A DNA stretch of 54,326 bases from Patescibacteria group bacterium. Lineage in GTDB: Bacteria > Patescibacteriota > Minisyncoccia > Phycocordibacterales > Phycocordibacteraceae. Of this stretch, positions 45,554 through 54,326 are shown piece by piece; position 1 is the first letter of the stretch; each line of letters begins with the position of its first letter. The notes under the pieces were generated by a model. The model saw nothing but the letters and a program-made list of their open reading frames with translations, did not search any database and was not told the DNA's origin. The position numbers and the translations under genes were made by a program. The stretch is from NCBI GenBank assembly GCA_038064595.1, contig JBBTSV010000014.1, positions 1 through 54,326 of the forward strand, read 5' to 3'.

Positions 45554-48073
45554 ATGCTCGGACTCTCCCGCCTTTTCTCGAAGAATCAGTCGGCTGCGTT
45601 TATCCGTGCCGCCGCGCCGGTTGTGGATGCTGTCCGCACACACGGCGAAGAGCTTGTCGGCCTCTCCCAGGAGACGCTGAAAGAGCGTCTCGCAGTTGTG
45701 CGGGCGCGAACACAGCAAGCAGGGGCTCCTCGTGAGGAGGACCTCCCGCTCGTTTTTGCTCTGGTACGTGAGGCGGCAAAGCGGACACGTCGTGAAGAAC
45801 ATTTTGACGTTCAGATCATTGGCGGACTCGCGATGGCGCAGGGCAAAATCGCCGAGATGCGCACCGGAGAAGGGAAGACCTTGGTCGCGACCTTACCCGC
45901 AACCTACCATGCACTTGCTGGGAAAGGCGTGCACGTGGTGACGGTGAACGATTACCTTGCACGTCGCGATACAACATGGATGGGGCAGGTCTACGAGTAT
46001 CTCGGTCTTACCGTTGGCGTGGTGACCTCAACCGGATCATATCGATACGATGCGTCGCATGTCGCACCAACCGAAGATACAGAGCGTGACAACGAGGGTT
46101 CATTTAAGGTGTTCTATGATTACTTACGTCCGGCGACAAAGCAGGAGGCGTATGCTGCCGATATCACCTACGTGACAAACAACGAGCTCGGATTTGACTA
46201 TCTTCGTGACAATACTGCCTACCTTCCCTCTCAGATTGTGCAGCGCAGCCATGCCTACGCGATTATCGACGAGGTTGACTCAATCCTGATCGATGAGGCG
46301 CGTACCCCGCTGATTATTTCAGGCCCAGCTGGCGACTCACAAAACCTCTACGAACGTTTTGCGCAGATTGTAGCCTCATTTGTAGCCACAGAGGACTACA
46401 CGGTCGACGAAAAACAGAAGGCCATCCAGATCACCGAGGCCGGTATGCACAAGGCAGAGACTGCGCTGGGTCTTGAAAATCTATATACCGAAGGGGGGAT
46501 GAAGTATGCCCACCATCTTGAGACGGCGGTGCGCGCGCTCGCACTGTTCCAGAAAGATAAGGAGTATGTGGTGCAGAACAATGAAGTGGTTATTGTGGAT
46601 GAGTTTACGGGAAGAATGCAGCCGGGGCGACGCTGGTCGGAGGGGCTTCACCAGGCGATCGAGGCGAAGGAGGGGGTTCGTGTTCAGGAGGAGACGCGGA
46701 CGTTTGCGACCGTTACCTTTCAGAACCTCTTTCGTATGTATGAGCGTCTTGCGGGTATGACCGGCACAGCTCTCTCCTCCGAAGAAGAGTTTTATACCGT
46801 CTATAAACTGGAGGTCGTCGCTATACCAACGAATAAGCCGTCAGCCCGCAAAGATCACGATGATCTCATTTTTCAAACGGCGGCAGGGAAGTACCGTGCC
46901 GTTGCGCGCGCCGTTGCTGAGCGACACACTCGTGGTCAGCCCGTTCTTGTGGGTACTGTTTCGATTGAAGATAATGAAACGGTGAGTGCGTATCTCGCGG
47001 AAGCGGGTATTCCCCATGAAGTGCTGAACGCGAAGAATCATGAACGAGAGGGAGAGATCATAGCTGAAGCAGGGAAGGAGGGTCGGGTGACCGTAGCGAC
47101 TAATCTCGCTGGTCGCGGTGTCGATATTAAGCTCGGGGGCGCGCTCGCGACGGCCGAAGAGCGTGCCGCGGTGGTGGCTTCGGGAGGGCTCTCGGTCGTT
47201 GGGACCGAGCGTCATGATGCGCGCCGCATCGATAACCAGTTGCGCGGTCGCTCGGGACGGCAAGGAGATCCCGGCGAGACGAGATTCTATGTCTCTCTTG
47301 AGGATAAGCTCATGCGTGTCTTTGCGTCGGATACATTGAAGCGGGTCATGGGCCGATTCGGTATCCCTGAAGATGAGCCGATTGAGAGCGCCCTTATTAC
47401 ACGCTCCCTCGAGACGGCTCAAGGGCGTATCGAAGGGTTCAATTTTGATGCACGCAAGCAGGTGCTTGCCTACGACAATGTGATGAATACCCAGCGCATC
47501 GCCATGTACGCGCGTCGCCGTGCGGCGCTTGTCGGATCACCAGACGAAGTAGAGACATTGGTGCGTACTTTGATCAGTTCAATCCCTGATGCATCAGCGG
47601 TTATGGATACAAAGAAGAGTGAGCTCGGGGAGGCCTTCCCTGACCACCTGCGTCGTCTCGTACTCCAGATTATTGACACATTCTGGCTTGAGCACCTCGA
47701 GACGATGGATTATCTCCGCCGTTCAGTCTCTCTCCGGGCCTATGGACAGCGTGATCCGTTAATTGAGTACCGTCGTGAAGGGTTGGTGCGGTTCCGTCTT
47801 CTTGAGGAACAGATCACACAAGCGATCGCTGCGGCGTTGCCACACATGCATGCAACCGACACAACGGGTATGCGCCCTGAAGAGGAGAAGATTCGTGCGG
47901 CCGCAGTTAATGCGGGGAAAGAGGAACAGGGTAGTGCCCCAATCGTCAAAACAGCGGGGTATGGACGAAACGATTTTGTAACAATCAGCAACGGCGAGGA
48001 GACCAAGACCGTGAAATTTAAAAAAGCAGAGCCACTTATTGCACAGGGGTGGGAAATCGTTCGCGGTGTCTAA
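45554..48073 (+). CDS. secA: Preprotein translocase ATPase SecA
   Basis: AEMRTGEGKT, VTVNDYLA, IIDEVDSILIDEARTPLIISG, TNLAGRGVDI, QLRGRSGRQGDPG. Confidence 0.97.
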   Translation: MLGLSRLFSKNQSAAFIRAAAPVVDAVRTHGEELVGLSQETLKERLAVVRARTQQAGAPREEDLPLVFALVREAAKRTRREEHFDVQIIGGLAMAQGKIAEMRTGEGKTLVATLPATYHALAGKGVHVVTVNDYLARRDTTWMGQVYEYLGLTVGVVTSTGSYRYDASHVAPTEDTERDNEGSFKVFYDYLRPATKQEAYAADITYVTNNELGFDYLRDNTAYLPSQIVQRSHAYAIIDEVDSILIDEARTPLIISGPAGDSQNLYERFAQIVASFVATEDYTVDEKQKAIQITEAGMHKAETALGLENLYTEGGMKYAHHLETAVRALALFQKDKEYVVQNNEVVIVDEFTGRMQPGRRWSEGLHQAIEAKEGVRVQEETRTFATVTFQNLFRMYERLAGMTGTALSSEEEFYTVYKLEVVAIPTNKPSARKDHDDLIFQTAAGKYRAVARAVAERHTRGQPVLVGTVSIEDNETVSAYLAEAGIPHEVLNAKNHEREGEIIAEAGKEGRVTVATNLAGRGVDIKLGGALATAEERAAVVASGGLSVVGTERHDARRIDNQLRGRSGRQGDPGETRFYVSLEDKLMRVFASDTLKRVMGRFGIPEDEPIESALITRSLETAQGRIEGFNFDARKQVLAYDNVMNTQRIAMYARRRAALVGSPDEVETLVRTLISSIPDASAVMDTKKSELGEAFPDHLRRLVLQIIDTFWLEHLETMDYLRRSVSLRAYGQRDPLIEYRREGLVRFRLLEEQITQAIAAALPHMHATDTTGMRPEEEKIRAAAVNAGKEEQGSAPIVKTAGYGRNDFVTISNGEETKTVKFKKAEPLIAQGWEIVRGV

Positions 48074-48120
48074 TTGGCAGCAGTAGAGTTTTGTGTCGAA
48101 ATGTGATACGCTAGAGCGTA

Positions 48121-49092
48121 ATGGCATTTGTCGATGAGGCGACTATTCACGTTGCGGCTGGAAACGGCGGTGATGGTGTGATTCGTTGGTTGCGCACAAA
48201 AGAGACTGCGCGGGGTGGACCATCGGGCGGAGACGGAGGTCGTGGTGGGGATGTGATACTTGTGGGAGTGCGTGATCTCGCCGCGCTCGCACGCTATCGC
48301 TACGAGAAAAAATTTCATGCTGAGCATGGAGAAGCGGGAAAGGGAGAGCTCAAGCACGGCAGCAATGGCGCGGACCTTCTTCTGTCGGTGCCTGTTGGCA
48401 CGCTTGTGCGCAAGATTGAAACGGGAGAAGAATATGAGATTACGCAAGAAGATGAACGTCTCCCTCTTTTTCGTGGGGGGTATGGAGGACTTGGCAATGC
48501 GCGCTTTAAAAGCTCAACGAACCAGAACCCTTTTCAGCAGACCAAAGGAAAAAAGGGGAAGGGTGGGGATATCCACCTGACACTCAAGATTATCGCCGAC
48601 GCAGGACTTGTCGGGCTTCCGAACGCTGGAAAGTCATCTCTCATCAACGCGCTTACCCGAGCCAAGTCCAAGGTAGGTGCCTATCCCTTCACCACGCTTG
48701 AGCCGCACCTCGGAGAGTTCCATGGATACATTCTCGCCGATATCCCCGGTCTTATAGAGGGAGCATCGAGCGGTCGCGGACTTGGCACCAAATTTCTCAA
48801 ACATGTTGAAAGGACAGGTTTTTTGCTACATCTTGTCTCGGCTGAACAAGATGACCCGTATCAAGCATATAGGGAAGTGCGCAAAGAGCTTGAATCCTCC
48901 ACAGGAGATCTCACTGCCAAGCGGGAAATCATTATCCTCTCAAAAGTAGACCTTATCTCTCCTCAGGAAGCCAAGACGAGGGCTACCCTCCTTGAAAAAG
49001 AGACCGGGAGGGAAGTACTCATGGTCACCACGGAGGACCCGGTGATTCTCAAGAAGTTTGCAGATCGACTCTCACAAATTCTCGCCGCATAA
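48121..49092 (+). CDS. obgE: GTPase Obg (no C-terminal extension)
   Basis: FVDE...AGNGGDG, GLVGLPNAGKS, YPFTTL, ADIPGLIEGA. Confidence 0.95.
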   Translation: MAFVDEATIHVAAGNGGDGVIRWLRTKETARGGPSGGDGGRGGDVILVGVRDLAALARYRYEKKFHAEHGEAGKGELKHGSNGADLLLSVPVGTLVRKIETGEEYEITQEDERLPLFRGGYGGLGNARFKSSTNQNPFQQTKGKKGKGGDIHLTLKIIADAGLVGLPNAGKSSLINALTRAKSKVGAYPFTTLEPHLGEFHGYILADIPGLIEGASSGRGLGTKFLKHVERTGFLLHLVSAEQDDPYQAYREVRKELESSTGDLTAKREIIILSKVDLISPQEAKTRATLLEKETGREVLMVTTEDPVILKKFADRLSQILAA

Positions 49093-49100
49093 ATCACACC

Positions 49101-49130
49101 GCTTGCAGTTTTACTCCTAAAGCTGCAAGC
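49101..49130. other. 13-bp hairpin between obgE and gatB
   Basis: GCTTGCAGTTTTA-CTCC-TAAAGCTGCAAGC (one G-T pair). Confidence 0.55.
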
Positions 49131-49138
49131 TAGAGTAA

Positions 49139-50551
49139 ATGGCTTACTATCCAACCATCGGACTTGAGATTCACGCTGAGCTCAAGACGCAGACCAAGAT
49201 GTTTTGCGATTCGCGGAATGATCCGGACGAAACGCGCCCAAACGTTAACGTATGTCCCGTGTGCCTTGCCCACCCAGGGACGCTCCCTGTTATCAATCAA
49301 GTCGCGGTACACCACGTACTACGGATCGGTGCGGCAGTCGGAGGGACACGTGCCGACTTCAGCGAGTTCGATCGAAAGAGCTACTTTTATCCTGATATCC
49401 CAAAGGGGTATCAGATCAGTCAGTATGAGCATCCCCTTGTGAAGGGCGGCACGCTTGCTGGAGTTGCGATCACACGGGTTCATCTCGAAGAGGATACCGC
49501 ACGTTCCACTCACGCTGGCGGAGAGAGTCTTGTCGATTTCAATCGTGCGGGCATTCCGCTCATGGAGTTGGTAACCGAGCCGGTCATTCATGACCCAGAG
49601 ACGGCGGGTCATTTCGCGCGTGAGCTGCAACTTCTCCTGAGAACGCTCGGAGCGAGTGAGGCCAATCTCGAGAAAGGGGAGATGCGTATCGAAGCAAATA
49701 TCTCTGTTTCTCCGGGGGAAAGCACGTTTGGTACAAAAGTAGAGATCAAGAATTTGAACTCGTTCCGTTCGGTTGAACGGGCGATCGCCTTCGAGATCGA
49801 ACGTCAAAGCACGCTCATCGACGAAGGGGGTACGGTGGTACAAGAGACCCGGGGCTGGGACGAAAGCAAGCAGGTTACCTTTCACCAGCGGTTTAAAGAA
49901 GGGAGCGCGGACTATCGTTATTTTCCAGAGCCAGACCTGCCGAAGCTTCGCCTCTCCGAGATGTCTATATTTACCCATGAGGCGCTTCGAGCATCGCTCC
50001 CAGAACTTCCCGAAGAACGTCGTGCACGGTATGCTCGCGAGTACCAGTTGCGTGAGAGTGATATCGATTACCTCACTGCAACACCTGAACGCGCGGCGTT
50101 TTTTGACGCAGTGGCGTCAGCGCTCGCGCCCGATACGACGACGCTCGCGCTCGCGGCTAATTATGTTGTATCGGACCTGGCCGGGATCTATACCAAAAAG
50201 GGGAGCGAAGCGTATGCCACACTTGACCCGCATGCTTTCGCAAAACTCATCATGCTCGCTAAGGGTCAAAAAGTGTCTTCCCGGGGCGCAAAGGACACCC
50301 TTGTACTTCTGGTTGAACACGGAGGCGATCCAGAAAAACTTGCTGAAGAAGCTGGTCTCATGCAGTCGCATGATAGCGAACACCTGCGAGCGGTCGTACG
50401 TACTGTTCTAGTAGAGGAGCAGAAGGCAGTTGCCGAGTATCATAGCGGCAAGGAGGCCGCTATCCAGTACCTTGTTGGAAAGTGCATGAAAGCAACTAAA
50501 GGCTCTGGGAACCCGACCCTCCTACGAGACCTTATTCTTAGTGAGATATAG
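49139..50551 (+). CDS. gatB: Asp/Glu-tRNA amidotransferase subunit B
   Basis: IGLEIHAEL, CPVCLAHPGTLP, FDRKSYFYPD, HLEED, DFNRAG, EIKNLNS, DYRYFPEPD. Confidence 0.96.
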   Translation: MAYYPTIGLEIHAELKTQTKMFCDSRNDPDETRPNVNVCPVCLAHPGTLPVINQVAVHHVLRIGAAVGGTRADFSEFDRKSYFYPDIPKGYQISQYEHPLVKGGTLAGVAITRVHLEEDTARSTHAGGESLVDFNRAGIPLMELVTEPVIHDPETAGHFARELQLLLRTLGASEANLEKGEMRIEANISVSPGESTFGTKVEIKNLNSFRSVERAIAFEIERQSTLIDEGGTVVQETRGWDESKQVTFHQRFKEGSADYRYFPEPDLPKLRLSEMSIFTHEALRASLPELPEERRARYAREYQLRESDIDYLTATPERAAFFDAVASALAPDTTTLALAANYVVSDLAGIYTKKGSEAYATLDPHAFAKLIMLAKGQKVSSRGAKDTLVLLVEHGGDPEKLAEEAGLMQSHDSEHLRAVVRTVLVEEQKAVAEYHSGKEAAIQYLVGKCMKATKGSGNPTLLRDLILSEI

Positions 50552-50638
50552 AAGTGGATGGTTGTGAGTTATGCGCGTTATGCACCACTTTAAATCAAAG
50601 CTCTTCCAAACAAGCCGAGATATGACTATACTAAAGCC

Positions 50639-51484
50639 ATGGACGAGATTCTTATAGACGAAAGAAAATATGTATCGTCAAAGCGAGCCGCAAAAATAAC
50701 CGGTTACGCAAAGGACTATATAGGGCAACTTTGTAGAGAAGGCCGAGTCCCCGCACGTCTTGTTGGTCGGAGTTGGTATGTCCTCGAGTCTGCCATAGAG
50801 GACCATCGATTTGGTGAAAAAGTAGAGAGAGAGCCACAGATAAAGGAAATGAAAGAAAAAAGTGATGAAAGTCTCACGCTACGCTCGACCTGGGAGTCCC
50901 CGCATTATGAGGCAACTCAAACCGAAGTACTTCCGTCAATCAATCGACTGAAAAATCCACCCACAACCCCTCCAGAAGGCTCAAAAATGCCCCAGGAAAC
51001 GATTGAAGATCAAAGAGGTGTTATAGAGCACCTCCAAAACTCATGGAAAGAGTGGTTTGATCGAACGGTCAAAGATGAAGAAGTTCAAGAACAACAATAT
51101 GATTCAAGACCTGACGAACTATCTGTAGAGCAGACGACACCAACACACCCAGAAATGGGCGTCATAATGGACGAAGGGGAAGTCGCCATACCGGTGCATA
51201 CAATCTATGATCTCCCACCGCAAGATTTGCTCCCTCACCACAGCAGTCGGATAGAAATAGTGGAACCTGAGGAGATCTCAAAGCCCGCAGAGCCAGAGCT
51301 CGCACCGGTCCAGAGGAGAAAATTTAAGCGTGGAGCCCTCTATCGTGCATTTATAACTTTCGTTCTCTTGGCAACATTCGCTATCGCAGGGATCTCGGTG
51401 CTTGGATCCGGTTTTATAGATTACATTTTATTCTCGCACACACGCGCTGGCTATATTTCTGGTTTTTCAGTCTACATAAAATAA
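50639..51484 (+). CDS. Excisionase/MerR-like HTH protein with acidic linker and C-terminal TM
   Basis: YVSSKRAAKITGYAKDYIGQLCREGRVPARLVGRSWYV; TM AFITFVLLATFAIAGISVLGSGF. Confidence 0.85.
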   Translation: MDEILIDERKYVSSKRAAKITGYAKDYIGQLCREGRVPARLVGRSWYVLESAIEDHRFGEKVEREPQIKEMKEKSDESLTLRSTWESPHYEATQTEVLPSINRLKNPPTTPPEGSKMPQETIEDQRGVIEHLQNSWKEWFDRTVKDEEVQEQQYDSRPDELSVEQTTPTHPEMGVIMDEGEVAIPVHTIYDLPPQDLLPHHSSRIEIVEPEEISKPAEPELAPVQRRKFKRGALYRAFITFVLLATFAIAGISVLGSGFIDYILFSHTRAGYISGFSVYIK

Positions 51485-51660
51485 TATAAATAAAACATAT
51501 CTCGTCTCGTTATATCGAGATGACCAATATATACTGCTTGCACTGGAGAGCTGATCATCTGCGAGCCATAAAAGCCTCATCAAGTGCGTATTAAGTGCTG
51601 GAAGTCGTGTCTAAGAGGGCAGTATAAGGCATTTTGCGTATACTGAAGGTTTTTAGAGGT

Positions 51661-51708
51661 TAAAATAACTACGCACAATATTTTTCAATATTGTGCGTAG
51701 TTATTTTA
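51661..51708. repeat. Perfect 22-bp inverted repeat (4-nt spacer)
   Basis: TAAAATAACTACGCACAATATT-TTTC-AATATTGTGCGTAGTTATTTTA. Confidence 0.9.
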
Positions 51709-52112
51709 GTAACGCGCATACCTTTATATAGGTCTATTGCGACTACCATAGTGGCGCCAGTATCGATATATGCCGCATAGACGACTTATCTAGCATCTAC
51801 AACCAAATTTCTGGCTCAAGTGATAGCCAAGTCGCGCTCGGCATTTTAAATCTAAGCCATTTACAGACTGCCTCTCTGCTCAAGTGTGAATATTTACAGG
51901 TAAAAAGTAGATCGAGGTGGTTTATTAACGTTTCTAATCGTATTTATAACGATTTTTGGCACTCCGTATGATGAATTTTGGCATAGTGGGAGCATGTAGT
52001 ACTGATAAAGTCTGATAATCTCTGTGTCTGCATACGAGCCTGCTATTGGGTGACCTGTGATTATTCGTTCGAGTATCATCGGTGAACGCCGCAAAAAAAT
52101 TTCTTGTTCATC

Positions 52113-52121
52113 TTATCCACA
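52113..52121 (+). promoter_or_regulatory. Perfect DnaA box 60 nt upstream of the large HTH ORF
   Basis: TTATCCACA. Confidence 0.45.
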
Positions 52122-52180
52122 TATTTGTTTAGGATATCACCGGAATATTGGTTATTATTTAGTTAATTCGGTTATCCGAC

Positions 52181-54326
52181 ATGGATCCTTTACCTGAAAA
52201 AAATTACGTTTCAACGAAAGAGGCTAGTGAACTTTTTGGCTACACTTCGGATTACCTAGCACGACTCGCACGCTCGGGAAAAGTAAGAGGGAAGCGCATT
52301 GGTCACAGTTGGTTTATCGAGCAGAACTCTCTCGAGGCGTTTTTCAATCATCAGAGCGATCGTAAGATTGATCGCGCACGCGCGCTCGCGCACGCGCGCG
52401 AAGAAGAGTATCGCTCTCATCGCTCACTCCGCGTGCGAGTGATGACGTCTTTGACAAAAACAATTTCAATTTCACAACTCGATACTGAGAAGACGCGCCC
52501 AACAGATACCGCATTTTTCTCTCCGCAACAATCGCTCCGCTCGCACATCACTGCCTCACTCGTGGCGGTTGTAGTGTTGCTCGTAAGTAGCGTTGGAGCT
52601 CGTGCCGCATTTATCCCCGACGGTGCAGCACACGCCGCAACGATTGCAGGAGAGGTTGCTCTCGGATTCTCATCGATCTTGAACGAAGTGCCGATGCGTA
52701 TTGCACTCCGTCTGCAAGACGCCGCACAACGTGCCGATGTACATCACACGCACGTCGCAACCATGCTCGGTGAATTTTCAAACGATCTTGCTCGAGCGTC
52801 GCTTATTCATCTCTCGACAGAGTCGCTTGCTGTCTTTGCACAGAATGAGATGCAGATGGAAGTACCACGTCAACGTACGACACCTGTTGCGAGCAGCGCA
52901 TCCGCACCTCCACAAACTTCACTCTCACTGCGTGACGGAGCACGTGGAATCATCACAGCGTTGACGCACCCGCACCATCTCATGGCCGCTGCACAGGAGG
53001 GGTATCACTCTGTCGGCTCGAGTACGTACGGTGCTATCGTGCATGCCCTCGAGCAGTACCGCCAGTTTGTTGCGGTTGCCGGAGAGCAAGCACTCGAGCT
53101 CGCCGACAGGACACGGAACGCTTTTGGCACTTTGCCGCAGATGGTACACACCATCACCCTAGCGCTTGGAAATGGAGTGATTAACACAACGCACAAACTC
53201 ATTCAGGCGGACGTCTCAATCGCGTATGGACTTTCTGCAGCAGCACCTGAGAGCGCGCGTGTGACCACAGCGTTCGTGAGTGGAATCGGAGGTCATCTCG
53301 CGCGTGTGGCGGAAGCAACTCCCGCGCTCGCGGTAGACACGTTCAGGCAGGTCACCACAGTTCCAGCGACACTTGCCCCACAGATCGCGGCGGCGGTTTT
53401 TGACGTTGAGTATGCGGGCGCCACGCATTTTGTCGCGGCTACTCGTTTTGTTGGGACGCAGTACCTTGCTGCCGTAGGTGGTATAGGCCACGCCGGCGCT
53501 ACAGTGGTCGGAGAGGTCACTGACCAGGTCAAGACCGTGCAGCGCTCGATTGCTATGATGCCGGCGCGAATTGAAGACACGTATCTCGGCGTTCTTGGTA
53601 AGAGCGCTCTTACACTAGAGCAGCTGACTCACTCATCGGGGATTGCAACAGTTCTTGACGCCGTCGAGAAACAGTCTGGTTCGTTATTCGCTGCAGCTGC
53701 TCCCGCACTCTCTACAGGAGAAAAGATCGCGTTCACGACCTACACTACCATTCACGGTTTCTTCGAGTCGGTCAACCGTACCCTTGCCTCCCTCCTTGGC
53801 CCACCGCCAACGATCACGATCGCGCGCGGAACTCCGCGCGTTACGGGCGGTTCGACGACAAAAATCACTACACGCCCGACGAGCGTGTCGAACGTTTCAG
53901 TAAGCACCCCGACGTACAACACCATTGTGCGCGGTGTGTCAGAAACTTTTGTAAATCAGTCACTCGCGGCACTGCGCGAGAATATTTTGGCGACGGTCGC
54001 TGGGATGGTCCAACCAATGTCGAATCAGATCGCGACGAATTCAACGACCATTCAGTACGTGAACATGATTCAGGATCTCTCCAATCTTATCGTGCGCAAC
54101 GGTCGCTTTATCGGCGGTAACTTTGACGGTGGAACATTGACCAACGGTATCTCTGTTCGGGCAACGACCGGTATTTTTGATAATTTGACGGGGGGAAATA
54201 CCACACTCGCCACGACGACCATCACGGGACCTCTTGTAGTAAATGGGGTAACGATTACTGGAAGTGGGGGTGGTGGTGCGGGAACCTTCGCCACCTCCAC
54301 CGCATACGGCTCCGTCCTCAACAACT
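52181..54326 (+). CDS. Large (>715 aa, 3'-truncated) protein: N-terminal excisionase-like HTH, TM, helical stalk, Thr/Gly-rich beta/fibre region
   Basis: Hand translation is open to the window end: MDPLPEKNYVSTKEASELFGYTSDYLARLARSGKVRGKRIGHSWFI...ITASLVAVVVLLVSSVG...NLTGGNTTLATTTITGPLVVNG; absent from the ORF track because there is no stop. Confidence 0.85.
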   Translation, partial: MDPLPEKNYVSTKEASELFGYTSDYLARLARSGKVRGKRIGHSWFIEQNSLEAFFNHQSDRKIDRARALAHAREEEYRSHRSLRVRVMTSLTKTISISQLDTEKTRPTDTAFFSPQQSLRSHITASLVAVVVLLVSSVGARAAFIPDGAAHAATIAGEVALGFSSILNEVPMRIALRLQDAAQRADVHHTHVATMLGEFSNDLARASLIHLSTESLAVFAQNEMQMEVPRQRTTPVASSASAPPQTSLSLRDGARGIITALTHPHHLMAAAQEGYHSVGSSTYGAIVHALEQYRQFVAVAGEQALELADRTRNAFGTLPQMVHTITLALGNGVINTTHKLIQADVSIAYGLSAAAPESARVTTAFVSGIGGHLARVAEATPALAVDTFRQVTTVPATLAPQIAAAVFDVEYAGATHFVAATRFVGTQYLAAVGGIGHAGATVVGEVTDQVKTVQRSIAMMPARIEDTYLGVLGKSALTLEQLTHSSGIATVLDAVEKQSGSLFAAAAPALSTGEKIAFTTYTTIHGFFESVNRTLASLLGPPPTITIARGTPRVTGGSTTKITTRPTSVSNVSVSTPTYNTIVRGVSETFVNQSLAALRENILATVAGMVQPMSNQIATNSTTIQYVNMIQDLSNLIVRNGRFIGGNFDGGTLTNGISVRATTGIFDNLTGGNTTLATTTITGPLVVNGVTITGSGGGGAGTFATSTAYGSVLNN

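Noticed and set aside
4104-50411. Numerous antisense and alternate-frame ORFs within recognised genes
   Set aside because: Typical shadow ORFs of GC-rich coding DNA, with no motifs or expression signals
51485-52180. Replication origin, or a coding ORF at 51894-52094
   Set aside because: Only one perfect DnaA box and no dnaA/dnaN nearby; the ORF is short, AT-rich and motif-less
1-54326. CRISPR array, transposase, integrase/prophage, or TGA recoding (code 25)
   Set aside because: No repeat-spacer array or such genes seen; TGA ends conserved genes (murD, murB, rmlA) at expected lengths

Overview
Chromosomal segment of a Patescibacteria/CPR-type (Parcubacteria-like) bacterium using code 11; the taxonomy is inferred from the 16S tail, gene content and protein styles. 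The window opens inside a group II intron that interrupts 16S rRNA at about E. coli 1397/1398 and encodes a LAGLIDADG endonuclease instead of a reverse transcriptase. The 16S 3' end lacks the anti-Shine-Dalgarno CCUCC and is not followed by 23S. Next come a structured spacer, an orphan ORF, tRNA-Ile(GAT) preceded by an interrupted duplicate of its 5' part, an S8 protease, murD-DUF218-murC-rsmI (frameshifted), a VirD4/TraG-like ATPase and ComEA. A ~33 kb surface-glycan locus follows (GT4s, carbamoyltransferase, wzx, rmlBAD, actinomycete-type 2-deoxy/C-methyl sugar genes, fnlABC, asnB-like, GT-C, O-antigen-ligase/TPR). The window ends with murB, a 23-aa Lys-rich microprotein, secA, obgE, gatB and two tandem genes carrying N-terminal excisionase-like HTH domains; the second is an unannotated >715-aa membrane/fibre-like ORF that runs off the window. 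Most striking cross-window pattern: operon-leading ATGs sit 6-8 nt after a TAnnnT -10 box (apparently leaderless) and internal genes are stop/start coupled, matching the anti-SD loss. All family calls come from motif recognition by eye; no searches were run.
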